This document shows, piece after piece, positions 14,210 through 27,460 of a stretch of 64,000 nucleotides of DNA. Under the pieces are notes generated by a model. The model was not told the origin of the DNA, did not search any database, and saw only the letters and a list, made by a program, of their open reading frames with translations. Numbering within the stretch: position 1 is the stretch's first letter; the number at the start of each line of letters is the position of its first letter. Both the position numbers and the translations under genes were made by a program. Origin of the DNA: Octopus sinensis (taxonomy: Eukaryota); the NCBI RefSeq assembly GCF_006345805.1, contig NC_043015.1, forward strand, positions 25,172,001-25,236,000, in the 5' to 3' direction.

Positions 14210-16474
14210 TTGTCTGTCTGTTTATCTATCAGTCTATCTGTCTATATATCTATCTCTCTATCCATCTATTTATTTATCTATCTGTCTATCTATCTATCTG
14301 TCTGTCTGTCTGTCACTCAAGCCCTCCTCTCACACACAAGTGACCTAGACAACTCCAAAACGTTGTTGACCTCACTTTTTTCCATTCAATCATTTCAGAA
14401 ATATACTCAAATGATTATTTTCTTTTAGCCATTATTATATTCCTTGACTGTTTCAGGAACCAAATTTAGTCTTTAAAGATGGCAATGGTCTCTTGCAAAG
14501 TAGAGGTTAAAAACTTATATGCATTTTGATTTATTAAATTTTTCTTTTATTTCATTATTGTTTTTACTTTCTTTTAATTTCTTTCTTACCTATATATAAG
14601 TGCAAGTATGGCTGTGCGGTAAGAAGCATGCATCCTAATGACATGATTCCTGGTTCATTCTCATTGCATGGCACCTTAGGTAAGTGTCTTTTGTTATAGT
14701 TTTGAGGTGACTAAAGCCTTGTGAGTAGGTTTGGTAGATGGAAACTGAAGAAGCCCATTGTATATGTGTGTGTGTGTGTGTGTTTATCTGTCACCACTGC
14801 TTGTGAGTGTAACTTAGCAGTTCAGTGAAAGAGACTGATGGAATATGTACCAGGCTCAAAAAGTAAGTCCTGGGGTTAATTTATTCAGCTAAAAATTCTT
14901 CAAGGCAGTGCTGCCCCTGCATGGCCTCTGTCAAGTGACATTTAAAAGATAAAAGATACCTGTATTTCAACGAAGCAAAGCATTAATTATTCTAAGAACA
15001 ATGTACCATATTCCAGTTTCAAAAAGAATTTAACAAAAGCTTGCAACACACTATGAAAGTTTAAAGCAAAGCATTTATTGTATGAGATATCAATGGAAAA
15101 TAAGCGAAACTAGCATCATGCTTGTATGGGTTTAAAGGGGGTACATAGGGGAATAGTATTTTATGGTCTGATGCCAACTCTTTCCTGTTTCTAAGTGAAG
15201 GAATAATTTCCCCAAACCATAAAATGACCAGACATGTTTATGCAGAGAACTGGAAACAAATGACATCATATAGATGATCCTTTTGTTTATGGAAATATCA
15301 TGACATGACAAGAAGCCTGGACATGTTTCCGCAAATGTTTCAAGCAGCAAACAGCAATAAAGACAAGGAATGCGCACACACACACACACTTGCTGACATG
15401 CGACAGACTTGTTTCTGTTTCTGTCTACCAAATCCACTCAAAGTACTTTGGTCAGCTCAGAGATATAGTCGAAAATACTTGCCTAAGGTGCCATGCAGTG
15501 GGACTGAACTGGAAACCACATGGCTGAGAAGTAAAGTTCTTGACCATTCCTGCACTTATCACTACACCAAAAGAAATTCCTGCACAAAATTCTGTTCGAT
15601 TTGAATAACTTGCTTTGTTTTGAGCAAAATATTATAAGGTGGAAGAAGGGTATTTGTAAAGCAGGAAAAGTGGAGATGGTGGGGGATTATGTTAGAAAAC
15701 AGGAGGGGGGTGCCACTGCTCTATAAGCTATATTTTTCCACCAAAGCTACCAATGAAAGAATTACATGTTGGAATAATAACAAAGAAATACCCAGGACTT
15801 TCGAAATATCACTAGACATTTGTTCTAAAGCTCTACCAATTCAGTTTAATTCAACCAGCACTGTGTTGATGTCAACAACTTTTGAGTTTTGATGCAAATT
15901 AAAAAGTTCTGGTGTGGGTAATATGCAACAATAACAAATTTTAACGATATTTCTACTGGAATCATGACAATGTAATTGAATTGCATTATAAATCTAGCAG
16001 ATTAATTAGATCAAGCCACTATTAGTTGTCAATTAATTGAAATTATGAATTCAAATTAAACTTATTACACTAGTTAACTATTCCCTACTCTTGCAGCAAA
16101 CATTTACAATATAAACTTCACATCTGAATTTTAATCTTGCCAAAATTTGTTTTACTGAAAGATTGCTCGCCTGGACACTTTCAGCTCTGCAGTGGTTTCT
16201 GTTTGCTTTTTATGATCTCATTTCAAATTAAAGCCAAGCCATTCCTGCATTCTATACTTTCCATGGAATGAAATGATTTATATGTATATACATACACATA
16301 CATTGGTCTGGCTGGTCCATGTACGGTCCACTGCATGACCAGGGCCTCAGCATGCTCTCACCACCAAAGAATGGCTTGAGATCATAATTCTTGTGGATAT
16401 CAAATTTAGTCTCATAAGGAAAATTTGGTACCCAAGATTTGGGGAAAATTCAGGTGAGTGAAACAGGTGTGCAA

Positions 16475-16690
16475 TTAAGCCTTTTGTTCCCATATTTCTG
16501 TGGAAATATGCTACCTCTTTGTTTCAATTAATTTTGAAAACAACATAGAAAATTTACTAAAATAACTCATTATTAATCTGGTGTAACTAAAAATGAAATT
16601 TTGATGGAATGTTTTAGATCACTTTAAAACTGGAATTTTGTATCATAAAACCAAGGGTGGTCTCGGGTGGATTGGCATGAGAAGGATTAA
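16475..16690. mobile_element. TTAA-flanked MITE (piggyBac-like ends), degenerate
   Basis: ttaagccttttgttcccatatttctg...ggcatgagaaggattaa. Confidence 0.45.
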
Positions 16691-19600
16691 ATGGGTTTGA
16701 AACCAAGTTTTTGGAGATTTTTAGACTTCCATTTAGAGATTCAGTTGTTATTTCTAGCAAATTGAGCAAAAATACAGAGAAGCTTTCCTTCATTCTTCTA
16801 TAGACTTTCCTTCATTCTCCTGTAGACTTCTGACCATATTTTGAGAACGATGGATGTAGTAACAGACTGGAGGAACCAACACAGGAAGAAAATTGTGTCT
16901 CATCTTTGCAAGGAGAGATTCTTCTCTCATCAATTTAGTCTTACAGGAATTAAGATTAACAAAGTTTTTATGAGAATGAGATTATCTTACTGAAAAATAC
17001 CATCTCCACTTATAACTGGTTTAAATCAGTCACATGAGTAAATAAGGGGAGGGGGTTAAACTCCACTATCAACATCAACATAATTATAAGGCTATGAGGA
17101 GTAACACATGGTCACATGACTGGATAGAAATAGCAACCAAATACCCTTAATTGTACTCCCATGTTAAAGAAAAAGCATGCACAAAGTACATATAGCTGTA
17201 TGTAGGACAACATAGGAGACGGGATGGTCATGGCTGGATTACATTGGTTCATAGATCTGCTTAGTCAGGTATTGTCTGTGTCTATACAACAGCAATAACA
17301 ATAAAATAGTTGTGGCGCTACACTACAGAAAGTCTCAAAGAGCCTGGGAATGAAATCACACAAAACTTGCTTTGTTTTCAATAGAAATCTATGATTGTGC
17401 AAAACGAGGCTCACTGACGTCAACACCAACACCATCGTCAACATCAACATCATGCTATTTCAATCACTGTTGCCACAAGAATTTAACATTATCATCAGCC
17501 TCACCATCTCTGTCATCATCAGAATCACTGCCACAAACACAAGTATCACCAATATCATCGTCATTGCAGTCATTGCTGTCATCATCATTATCATCTTTGT
17601 TGCCAACATTGTCATCACTATCATCATCATCATCATCTTGTCACCATGTTTGTCATCATCACAACCAGGAAGGCTGACCTGGGATATAAAACTGATCTCA
17701 TAGCATGCAAGGTGCTGCCTCACAGCCTCCATTGCTCCTCAAGTGAAATTCTTTCTTTCTTTTTGATATTTTCCCCCAACCCTTTCTGCTGCTAAATATT
17801 TCTCCTGATGGTTTTTCCTGTCAGTTACTATTTTTGTTCCAGTTTTCAACAAAAGGTTGAAAGAGAAAAGGTCAAACATTATTACGCATCCACAAGAATT
17901 CCATAAGACGGCCACTAAAACAGACATTCCTAAACTGTCCAGAACAATGACCATGCTGGGGCATCACATCAAAGGGTTTAGTTAAACAAATTGACCCCAG
18001 TACGTTTATAAAATATGGTCTATCAGTCTCTTTTGCTGAACTGCTAAGTTACAGGGCGATAAATAACCTGTTGTCAAATGAGAGGAGGGTGGGGAAAACC
18101 AATGCAAAAACACAGACTCACACACACAAATCCAAGAACACCCTGATTATCAAGGACACAATCCCTCATCTAACTGTTGCCCTCCAATACACAGGCAAAT
18201 GCACAGAGCAGCTCCATTTACCCCAAACCCTTCGGCCACAATAACCCATCTTTTGAGAAACTCTTCAAGTGGGGAGAGTAACTCTCACTCCATCCTAACA
18301 ATATCTGCTCTGAATTAACTGGTTTTCCTCAAATTGTTACAAAACCTCAACACCATATTAAGACATTGCAATTTATTTAACAAGTTTCTGCAAATCTTGC
18401 AATAATAAGAACTAATATTCTCGCAGTTTTCTTTCATTTCAATTTCATTTTTCGTTTGTTTTTTTTAAATATTGCTTTTAGGTTATTTGGCATTATTTGT
18501 TGATTTTTTTTATAAATTCATTTGTTTTGTTGTTAAGTGTGTGTTTGGTAAAGGTGTGTGTGGGTTGGTTGATCTTTATTAAAATGATGTATTGTTTCTT
18601 AATTAATTTTTAGATGAGTTATATATTTCAAAATTAAACTTCAAGTTTCATTAATGAAATTATTTTCAATATGAAATCAAACTGTTTGATGGCCTTCCGA
18701 ACATATATTTAGAATTTTTACCCACTACAATGAACAAAATTATTACAAAAATAATAGAAGTAAATAAAGAAATATTATGAATTTGTTGCTTATGGACACA
18801 GACGTGACTATGTAGTTAAGAAATTGGCTTCAAAATTACATGGTTTCCAGTTCAAATTTCATGCACAGCTGCTTAGGTCATTTGTCTCCCAGTATAGTTT
18901 TAATTTGCCAAAAGTTGTGAGGGAGATGTGGTCTAAGGAAAAGAAAAGTGAAATCAATGAAATACAACAGAAATTTTCTGAGTTGAAAATTGTATGAAAC
19001 CTAAGCAACTTTGAAATGTGAAATCACTTTACATTGTGTGTGGACCGCACAGATGTTGATGCTAAGGCTTTTAGGTGACCATAAATGGTTGAGAATGCAT
19101 TCAAGGCACAGGCATGGCAGGCACATGGGTGGCTGTGTGGTTTGGAAGCTGGCTTTCTTACTAAATGGTTTTAGGTCCAATCCCACTGTGTGACATCTTC
19201 AGCAAGTCTTCTACTGTAAGCCCTAGGCACACCAAAATCAAACATGACTAATATGTTTGTGAGTTGAGGTGGTGGTGGGGGGTGCATGCATGTGTGCATG
19301 TGTGTGTGCATATATGTATGTCTCTCTCTGTCTCTCTTTCCCTCTCTCTCTCTTTCTCTCTGTCTCTCTCTATATATATACATACACACACACACACAGA
19401 CATATGCGTTAGTGTGTTTACGTGTGTGAATGATTTCATATACCACTTGTTTGCCCACCAGTTATAAATAATGGGTTTGCTGATGTTTGCGTATAAGACT
19501 TCTTGACATGTCTTGACAAGTTGCTGCATTTTTGTAAACAAAAGGCTCGTTCATATGGTGTCATTTGTTTCTAGTTCTCAGCACAAACATGTCCAAGCTG

Positions 19601-20469
19601 TTTCTCATTAGATAGACTGGGGGATTATTTCCTCACCACAAACTAAGAGTGAAGTTTGGTGACAGGAAAGGCATAAGGCCGTAGAAGACTTGGTCTCATT
19701 TTACACTTATCTGGCCCTTGTAGGCATGAAAAAGAAGATGATAAAGCGACAATGATGATGACAGCAGAATACACAAAGTGGAACAAGCAATCAAATGATA
19801 ATATGATATAATGTCATAGTAATCAAATGAGAGTATAATACTTGATGTTACATAGTATGTTTCAAATCTTAGTTGGACTGTGTAAAGAGGTAGCATCAGC
19901 CCTTTAAAATTCCACAGCTGTGCTTACAGGGGTTTGAATAAGGCTAGTTGACAACAATGGCATTGAGCAAAGGATTCTAGAGATGATGGCAGTATTAAAT
20001 CACATAAAGCATTATCTCAAACTACCTCAAGAACAAGAAAAATAATCCAATCTACAAGTCTTAGAATTACCATTCTTTGAGGTATTTTTGCACATAACAA
20101 GATGAATAGTTGACCATAAAACAAATCTTATAGATACCTTTACATAGTCACTTAAAATGCTAGAAATAGCAGCTAAAACTCTCTGATATGATACTTTACC
20201 ATTTTGAAGATATCAATAACATTATATAATATAATTCTAGAAAAATCCCCAAAATGTAAAAAAAAAAAAGTGATTTGGCCACAGTTGCAACAATTTTGAA
20301 CATAAGTTTACTCCAAGTTACCCTGGATCCAATCAAAGGCAATTACCCCTTGTCTAAAAAATTTCTTGCTCATTAGTGTGATTGCTGGTTTCAAAATCAC
20401 TTCCAGGGTCACTCTCTTTGGATTTGGTTCTAGAGCAGCAGTGATTTGGACAAAGCTACCTTTGAAATG

Positions 20470-20825
20470 ATACATTTCTAAATCTCTCAGAGAGATTTAT
20501 GCAGTAGCAGCATGATAAAATAATGGTATGTTGTCAAGAGTATGTATTATTTCCATTTTCAAAAATCAGTGAATGTATTTCACTTGAAATATGTTTTCAA
20601 AGGTAAATAAGCATCGACAGCTAGCAAGCCATGCTACTCCAGCTGATGATGAGCAATGACTCTGAAACTAGTCTCTGAATGATGGCTTTGCTGGGTGGAG
20701 GTGCTTATCTCCCCCTTTGAAAACATAAGGACACAGAAACTGTGTCGAGTCCAACAGGAAACGGTGTTTCTTAGGGCTAAATAGCAGTAGCATTCTTCCC
20801 TTTCATGGTACTGTCACATTAAGTT
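20470..20825. mobile_element. Repeat shared with 48230-48414, containing an internal inversion and an HHR-like motif at 20640-20677
   Basis: 20470-20537 is direct and 20705-20825 is inverted relative to the contiguous copy at 48230-48414. Confidence 0.7.
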
Positions 20826-22539
20826 TATCACTTTAATGCTATCTTTCTTTGCATTTCTTGCACCCAGGACCTCAGATAAAAACTTGTCAAAATCTGTTTT
20901 GAACACATCCACATCTATGCCTTGTAAATCTCTGGAGATTTTTGGCAAGGTATTAAACTGTAAGCACTTTCTATATAGAGCCCTTGCTGTAGATGGGACA
21001 AGTGGGAAGATTTCTGTTTTGATATGTAAGGATGGGCACAGTTCTTATTATGGGTTTTATATATTATGCAATTAAAGTCACATTATTCGATGATGTGTGT
21101 GTGTGTGTGTGGTGGGGTATTCATTTATGTATATTAATTTGATTCAAAGAGACCCTGTATAAACAAAAAATATGTTGTTTAGAATTAAAAAGAAAAATGT
21201 TTTCTCAGTTTCAGTTGTGTATCTGAACTCATTGTCTGCAACATAACTTATGGTGAGTTAATTCACACGATACAACAATGGAAATGATTAAAAACTAAAA
21301 ATTAAAATTAAAATACTTTTTTGTTAGTAAACGTAATGTTAATTATACCTATTGTGCATTATTACAATCATCATGGCAACAATTATTTTTCTTCAGATTC
21401 TAAATATTGCTTTCTACAAACCTCAAGGTTTTGAAATTTCTGTTATACTTTGTTCTGGCGGCAGCTTATCTTTTCTTTTCATTTTTTTGTTTTATGTTTG
21501 TTGCATACTATCATTCTCATTTTGAAAATAAAATAATTGACAAAAACCAAAGGTGCTAAAACCATGTGAGACACTAACTTTTCTAAATATAATCTATTTT
21601 TGCTATCCTAAATCGAAACTCCTTTGTCAACAAATAATCTAGATTTAATTACACACACACACACACAAAATATTAAATAAATGACAAAAATAAAGAGGAA
21701 ATTATGCTATAAAATCCATTAGCTTATGGCTGTTTCTGCTGTGAGATGCAATGCAATCAGTGGTGAGTGTTTGTGTTTCACCTTACAGCTCTCTCAGACA
21801 CTTAAAATGACGTGCAAGTTTATTTGGGAAAGCATTTACACATGTATGCATCTATATATATACTGTATGTAAATAGTGAGATAACACATACACACACGCA
21901 TACACGCATGCATACACACACACACACATAAATGTGAGTGGATAAATGAAAAAGAATCACTCATTGTCATAATTTAAAAGAGGCTCATTTCGCCCACCCC
22001 ATACAATTTAGAGTTTTGTCAACTCATCACAGGAACCTTGCTCATCATCCACACTTCCATGCTTCCATCTTTTCCACAGCTGCCTGTTGTCAACCTTTAC
22101 CTGTAACCAAGCATGGTCAAAGAGAAGGTGGAAAATGGATGACATTCATTTACAATCATCTAGACATGCAGACTCAATTATACATGCACAAACATATATG
22201 TATAATATATATATATGCATGTGTATGTATGTGTGTCAGTGTGTGTGCGTGTGTATACACAGATATAACATCCATATTTGTATACTATTTTATTTTAAAA
22301 TTTAATTAATCATGTAAAACTGTGTTTAAAAAATATATTAATAAAATATTTCCTGCACATTTCAAGAATGCATTTCTGTATTACTTTCTAATTTTATTTT
22401 TAACCTTCTTTGTCATAATAATTGTGATTTTCCTTTTTATCTTCTTTATAATTTAAAAATGTTTTCATTCTACAACAGTAACATCTAATAATGTTAACAT
22501 GCAAATATGAAGCAAGTAAGAGCAAATAATAAACAAGCG

Positions 22540-22950
22540 TGTGCACACACATGCACACACACACACACACAAATATATATATGTACATATATAAATATAC
22601 ATATATATATATATGTATGTATATACACATATATACACACATATATATATACATACATATATATATATATACATATATACACACACATATATATATATAC
22701 ATATATGCACATATATATATACATATATATATGCAGATATAAATATACACATATATATATATGTTTGTGTATATATATATATATGTATGTATGTATGTAT
22801 GTATGCATGCATGCATGCATGCATGTATGTATGTATGTATGTATGTATGTATGTATGTATGCATGCATGCATGCATGCATGTATGTATGTATGTATGTAT
22901 GTATGTATGTATGTATGTATGTATGTATGTATGCATGCATGTATGCAGTG
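22540..22950. repeat. Compound (CA)/(TA)/(TATG)/(TGCA) microsatellite
   Basis: Direct reading. Comparable simple repeats lie at 6168-6250 (TAA), 6540-6660 (CA), 14150-14330 (TATC), 32780-33045 (TA), 37290-37590 (TA/TATG), 49175-49245 (TAA) and 52465-52550 (TTA/TTG). Confidence 0.95.
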
Positions 22951-24400
22951 TGTGTTTGTATATATTGAGAGAGACAAATGAAAAAAAAATGAGAAGGACA
23001 GCCTATTTTTATCTAAATATATCATTTCAGAAATTTATGAAAATAGTAATATAAAATAGAATATACTGAAGCTTTGTATGAATATCAATTTTTGCAAATA
23101 ATATTCTGGTGTCTGTGAATAAGGAAATTTTCAATGATAAATTAAATATTTCACCAGCAAAATATATTAGAAAGATTAGATGATTATCAAAGTAGCTTTT
23201 ACATAATCAAAGCACTGCAGCCACTACAAGACTCATCAGCTCAACACTATTTTGAGGATTTTCACAACACAAGTTTCAGTCCTTGCTGCTACTGCTGCTG
23301 CTGCTGCTGCTGCTGCATGGTGTCTAGTGTGCTTTGATGAAGTTGAGAGATATGTTAGTGGAGTGCAAGCTCCTTGTAGGATCACCCATGCTGCTAGACA
23401 GGTCAGAGGTTAGACTAATTTGGACCACTGCTTCCCAGATGTAAAAATGGGTCTGTGTGGGGTCAAGAACCATACTTAGAAAGAAAAAAGGCGAAGTCAG
23501 AGAAGTATTGATGGGAATTCAAAACCAACACGATGTGGGAGAGGCAGGTTTTCTTCAGGAACTGAGAAATACTGAAGCAAGTGATGCAGTGTGTGAGTGT
23601 ATGCATGCATGTGCACATGCATGTGTGTGTGTGTGTTATATTAGAAGCAGTTATTTTAACCATATCAGCCAAGCAAAACTTACCCTAAAATTGCCAAGGA
23701 AGTGATGAAATTATCCAGTCAGTAAAGAATTTGTATTGTATTACGTTTGGCATAAATCTGGGGTTTTTTTTTCATTTCCCACTTTTCTAGTCTATTCAAG
23801 TGGCTGCTGATGGAGCTTCCCCTCCAGCTGTTGCATCATAGATGTGTGAAAGGGGCAGAGAATGGGACAGTTGAGAGAGTGTTGATGTTCACTCACAATT
23901 ACCACTGGCACGTAAAACAATTAGCTAAAACATGGTATGTGCTGTCAAGCCATACTCAATATTCTCACACTAGTCTTGAAGACTTTGGAAACAGTCATGA
24001 ACAACAGGTTCTTTTCAAATCATTTAAGAAATTGAGTAACTGCCACACAAAATTCGGTCACAATCACAAATATCATTGCCAGGACATCTTATAATTAGCA
24101 AACTTTCATACAGTAATTAGTTAATGCATTCATTCATTAGTTTACCTCATTAACTCCTAACTTTTGTGATGTTTATGCCATTCCACAAAAACCAGATTTT
24201 CATTATTGAGATAAAAAGATGTGAAATCTGAAAAATTAAGGAAACTGAAAAATAAAATAAAAAACAGAAAAGTGCAAACAAAATTGGCATTCCAAGCTGT
24301 GTCAGTGGTAGTAAGGAACCAGGTCACTTAGCTGAGAATGCTCAATGGATTGAGCAATTAATACTTAATTGATTAACAAATTGATTGATTAGCAACTTAC

Positions 24401-24529
24401 ATTATTCAAAGATTCCATATCATCATCTCTTTTCTTCATCAAATTCAGTGTTCGTTCCCATCTTTCTATCAACTCATGCCTTTCTAAATGGCTTCGCCGA
24501 AATTCCTCAGCGGTTTTATCCAAAGCAAT
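24401..24529 (-). CDS. CCDC39: Coiled-coil domain-containing protein 39, internal exon (equivalent to human exon 6)
   Basis: 129-nt phase 0/0 exon bounded by tttatacAG and GTaagt. It encodes IALDKTAEEFRRSHLERHELIERWERTLNLMKKRDDDMESLNN, which matches human CCDC39 [43 protein letters not shown] (recalled). Confidence 0.9.
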
Positions 24530-24657
24530 CTGTATAAATATATGACAATATGAGAGACAATGATAAAACATGATACTATAACACATTTCTATTTCATTCA
24601 TAATTGCAAGACTGTATCAAAACACTTCTTTTAAAAATGTAAACAATAGTGTATCCA

Positions 24658-24714
<57 letters not shown>

Positions 24715-25329
24715 ATGTATATGTAAACAGGATCAGGGATTCAAAGAATATAACAGAGCTCACATTAAGCTCTCTGGCTGGAGTCTGGCTAACAAGAAAG
24801 ACTGTAGTTAAGGTTAGGATGAAACCTTAGCATCATCATTCTGAAAATCCAGGAATTGCAATGGTTGAGGGTCATGTATAGAAACTGATCAGCCTTAACC
24901 AAAGGAAATAAACATCTATTCTCTCACATCACTTCTTTAATTGGTGATTTATATGTGTAAGGAAAAATACTGAGACCATTATCTGCCATTTCATTGTTAA
25001 AATTAATATTCTCCATATAAAATTATTTGGGTTATTCTTCTGTAGAATATTAAATTGCTTTTATACAGAACTAGATTTAAAACTGAATGTTGTGTGTTTG
25101 TATGCTAGCATACAAACACTTATAAACACACACACAAACTGACTGTGAATCAAATAGCCAATGTGTGTGTATCTGTGTTGGTTTGTTTACTTTCCTATGA
25201 ATTAGTGATTTGGCAAAAGGCGACCAACTGAATCAAAACCAGATTTGAAACTACGTTCTGGGGCAGATTCGATCAACTGAGCCCCTTATGGTATTGCACC
25301 AGTATGGCCATGGTCCAATGGCTGCTGCA

Positions 25330-25790
25330 ATTTACATTGTCATCAGCCGTACTACCACCAAACACCATCAACAACCACCTCAACCACAATCACCACTGCC
25401 ACCACCCCATCATCATTATAATTATTTTCATTGCCATCTTGAACAGCACCAAATCACCCCTTCATCATCACCATCATCACCAACAACACCAACATCCTAT
25501 CATTACCGTTGACACACCCTTACCGACACCACCACCACCAGCCTGAATCATCAACATCACTAACACCCACACACCCATTGCATTAACATGTCCCCACCAC
25601 CACCATCACCGTTACCTGCACTACTAGCATGCCCTTCCTATGATGACCATCACTACCACCACAATCATCATCATCACCATCAATGTCCTTATTGCTATCA
25701 TCAATACCATCACCACCACCACCATCAGCCTCTCACCATCATCATCACCACCACTACTGCTGCTGTTATCAAAGTCATTATCATGCATTT
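25330..25790. repeat. Degenerate (CAT/CAC)n low-complexity tract
   Basis: Direct reading; similar tracts at 11170-11400 and 17370-17660. Confidence 0.85.
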
Positions 25791-26044
25791 TTGATTTAAT
25801 AAATGCAGATGAAATGTTTTCACATTTTTGATTACTGTATTTTTACCAATTTTATCATTTTTATATTTTTTTAACCTCGCTAAAGATATAATTGCCTGGA
25901 AATTAATATTGGAAATATTTCTATAAATATTTGACATTTTAAGAAAGTAGATAAGGAATTATCATTGGAGTAAAATCTTTGTTTCAAGTTCGTCAAATCT
26001 ATTTCTAAACCAAAAAGAATTTACAAAAAAACAAAACAAAAAAC

Positions 26045-27460
26045 ATGAGGATGGGCTGGCATGTTTGGAGGCTGATTGTGTAGGAGTGATGCTAGAGCTG
26101 CGAAATCTTGCATGCATTCATTTCAACTCTTTCTATTAATAGTTGTATTGGTTGTTTACAGGTGAACTGACACCTGAGTGTTCAAAGAAGACTTCAAATA
26201 CAACAAGTAGCAACTTCTTTGAAATTGGACAAAATTTAGCATCATGGGGTTTTCAAGAACCTGCAGCAAAAAGGGGTTTAGCCTCCAAGGACATCCATAC
26301 TGACATGCTGGTCACATTAAGGGATGCTGCTCCAGCTTTATCAACAGTGCAAAAGTGAGGAGCAGAATCTAGAATGGTGAGTCTTGAAGATGGTCCAAGG
26401 TCTGGATGTCCTGCAACTGTCACCATTGAGAAAAACATTGATCGTATTCATCACATAATGAGGGATGATAGGCAACTGACTGTGAATCAAATAACCAATG
26501 CGATTAGCATATCCCATGAGAGAGATGAGAATATTCTGCCAAATGAACTTGGCATGACAAAGGTTTCTGTTCAGTGGCTGCCACATTTTCTGACACTTGA
26601 TCAAAAGCACAAAAATCTGACTTTGTTTGAGGCAGATCCATCTGGTTTCCTTGAATGTTTCCTAACCCAGAATAAGTGTTGGCTCATCATTTTGAGCCAG
26701 AAATAAAGAGACAATCCACACAGTGGAAACAACCCACCTCACCTGCTTCAAAGAAAGGCCAAGGTCGTTTCATCTGCAGAGAAGGAGATGAGCCCAGCTT
26801 TTTTGAGTGCAAAAGGCATTGTGCTTATTGACCATCTTCAAAAGATTGGCAGTTACGAAAGACTATCAAGACCAAACTTATGAAAGTCCTTGCTTTCAAA
26901 AGCTGCAGTGCATGAGTGTGGCTTTGAACTGAGTGGTCACTCACCCTATTCTTCTGATTTGTCCCCATCTGACAACCCAACATGATTCCCCAATACGGTA
27001 AAATACTTGACTGGGAACCAGTGACACAATAATGATGATGTCATATCTGCTGTTGATGACCTTTTTGACCAACAGGAGGATAGCTTCTCCCCCAATGCGA
27101 TCCAAGAACTGCAATAATCTTTTCTGCTCTAGGCACAAGGCCTGAAACTTTGAGGGAGGGGGCCAGTCGATTAGTTCGACCCCACTGTGCAACTGGTACT
27201 TAATTTATTGACCCAAGAGAATGAAAGGCAAAGTTGACCTCAGCAGAATTTGAACTCAGAACGTAAAGACAGACGAAATACCGTTAAGCATTTTGCCCGG
27301 CATGTTAACATTTCTACCATCTCGCTGCCTTAAGAACAGCAATAATGATGGAAGAAGTGTGTGGATTGCAAGGAGGAATGCATTGGAAAATAAAGCACAT
27401 TTGGTTACATTCTACGAGAGTATCTGAGTCAGCTTATGAACTTTTCAGCCAATCCTCATA
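26045..27460 (+). mobile_element. Degenerate mariner-family DNA transposon with a SINE inserted at 27121-27331
   Basis: Transposase remnants KDIHTDMLVTLRDAAPALSTVQK, LEDGPRSGCP, LGMTKVSVQWLPHFLTLDQK and an HSPYSSDLSPSD-like segment. The ends resemble mariner TIRs (catgaggatgggctg... / ...cagccaatcctcata). Confidence 0.8.

Noticed and set aside
22400-23054. Many long ORFs ([12 protein letters not shown] repeats), also at 6152-6797, 14098-14428, 32668-33140, 37222-37709 and 51779-52136
   Set aside because: They are translations of microsatellites that lack stops in some frames; there is no coding evidence.
24970-25080. NINFNNEMADNGLS as a possible CCDC39 exon 5
   Set aside because: There is an in-frame stop upstream and the donor would be phase 1, incompatible with the phase-0 exon 6.
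25725-25937. AIISLARLKKYKNDKI after an AG as a possible exon 5
   Set aside because: Poor similarity and no suitable phase-0 donor.
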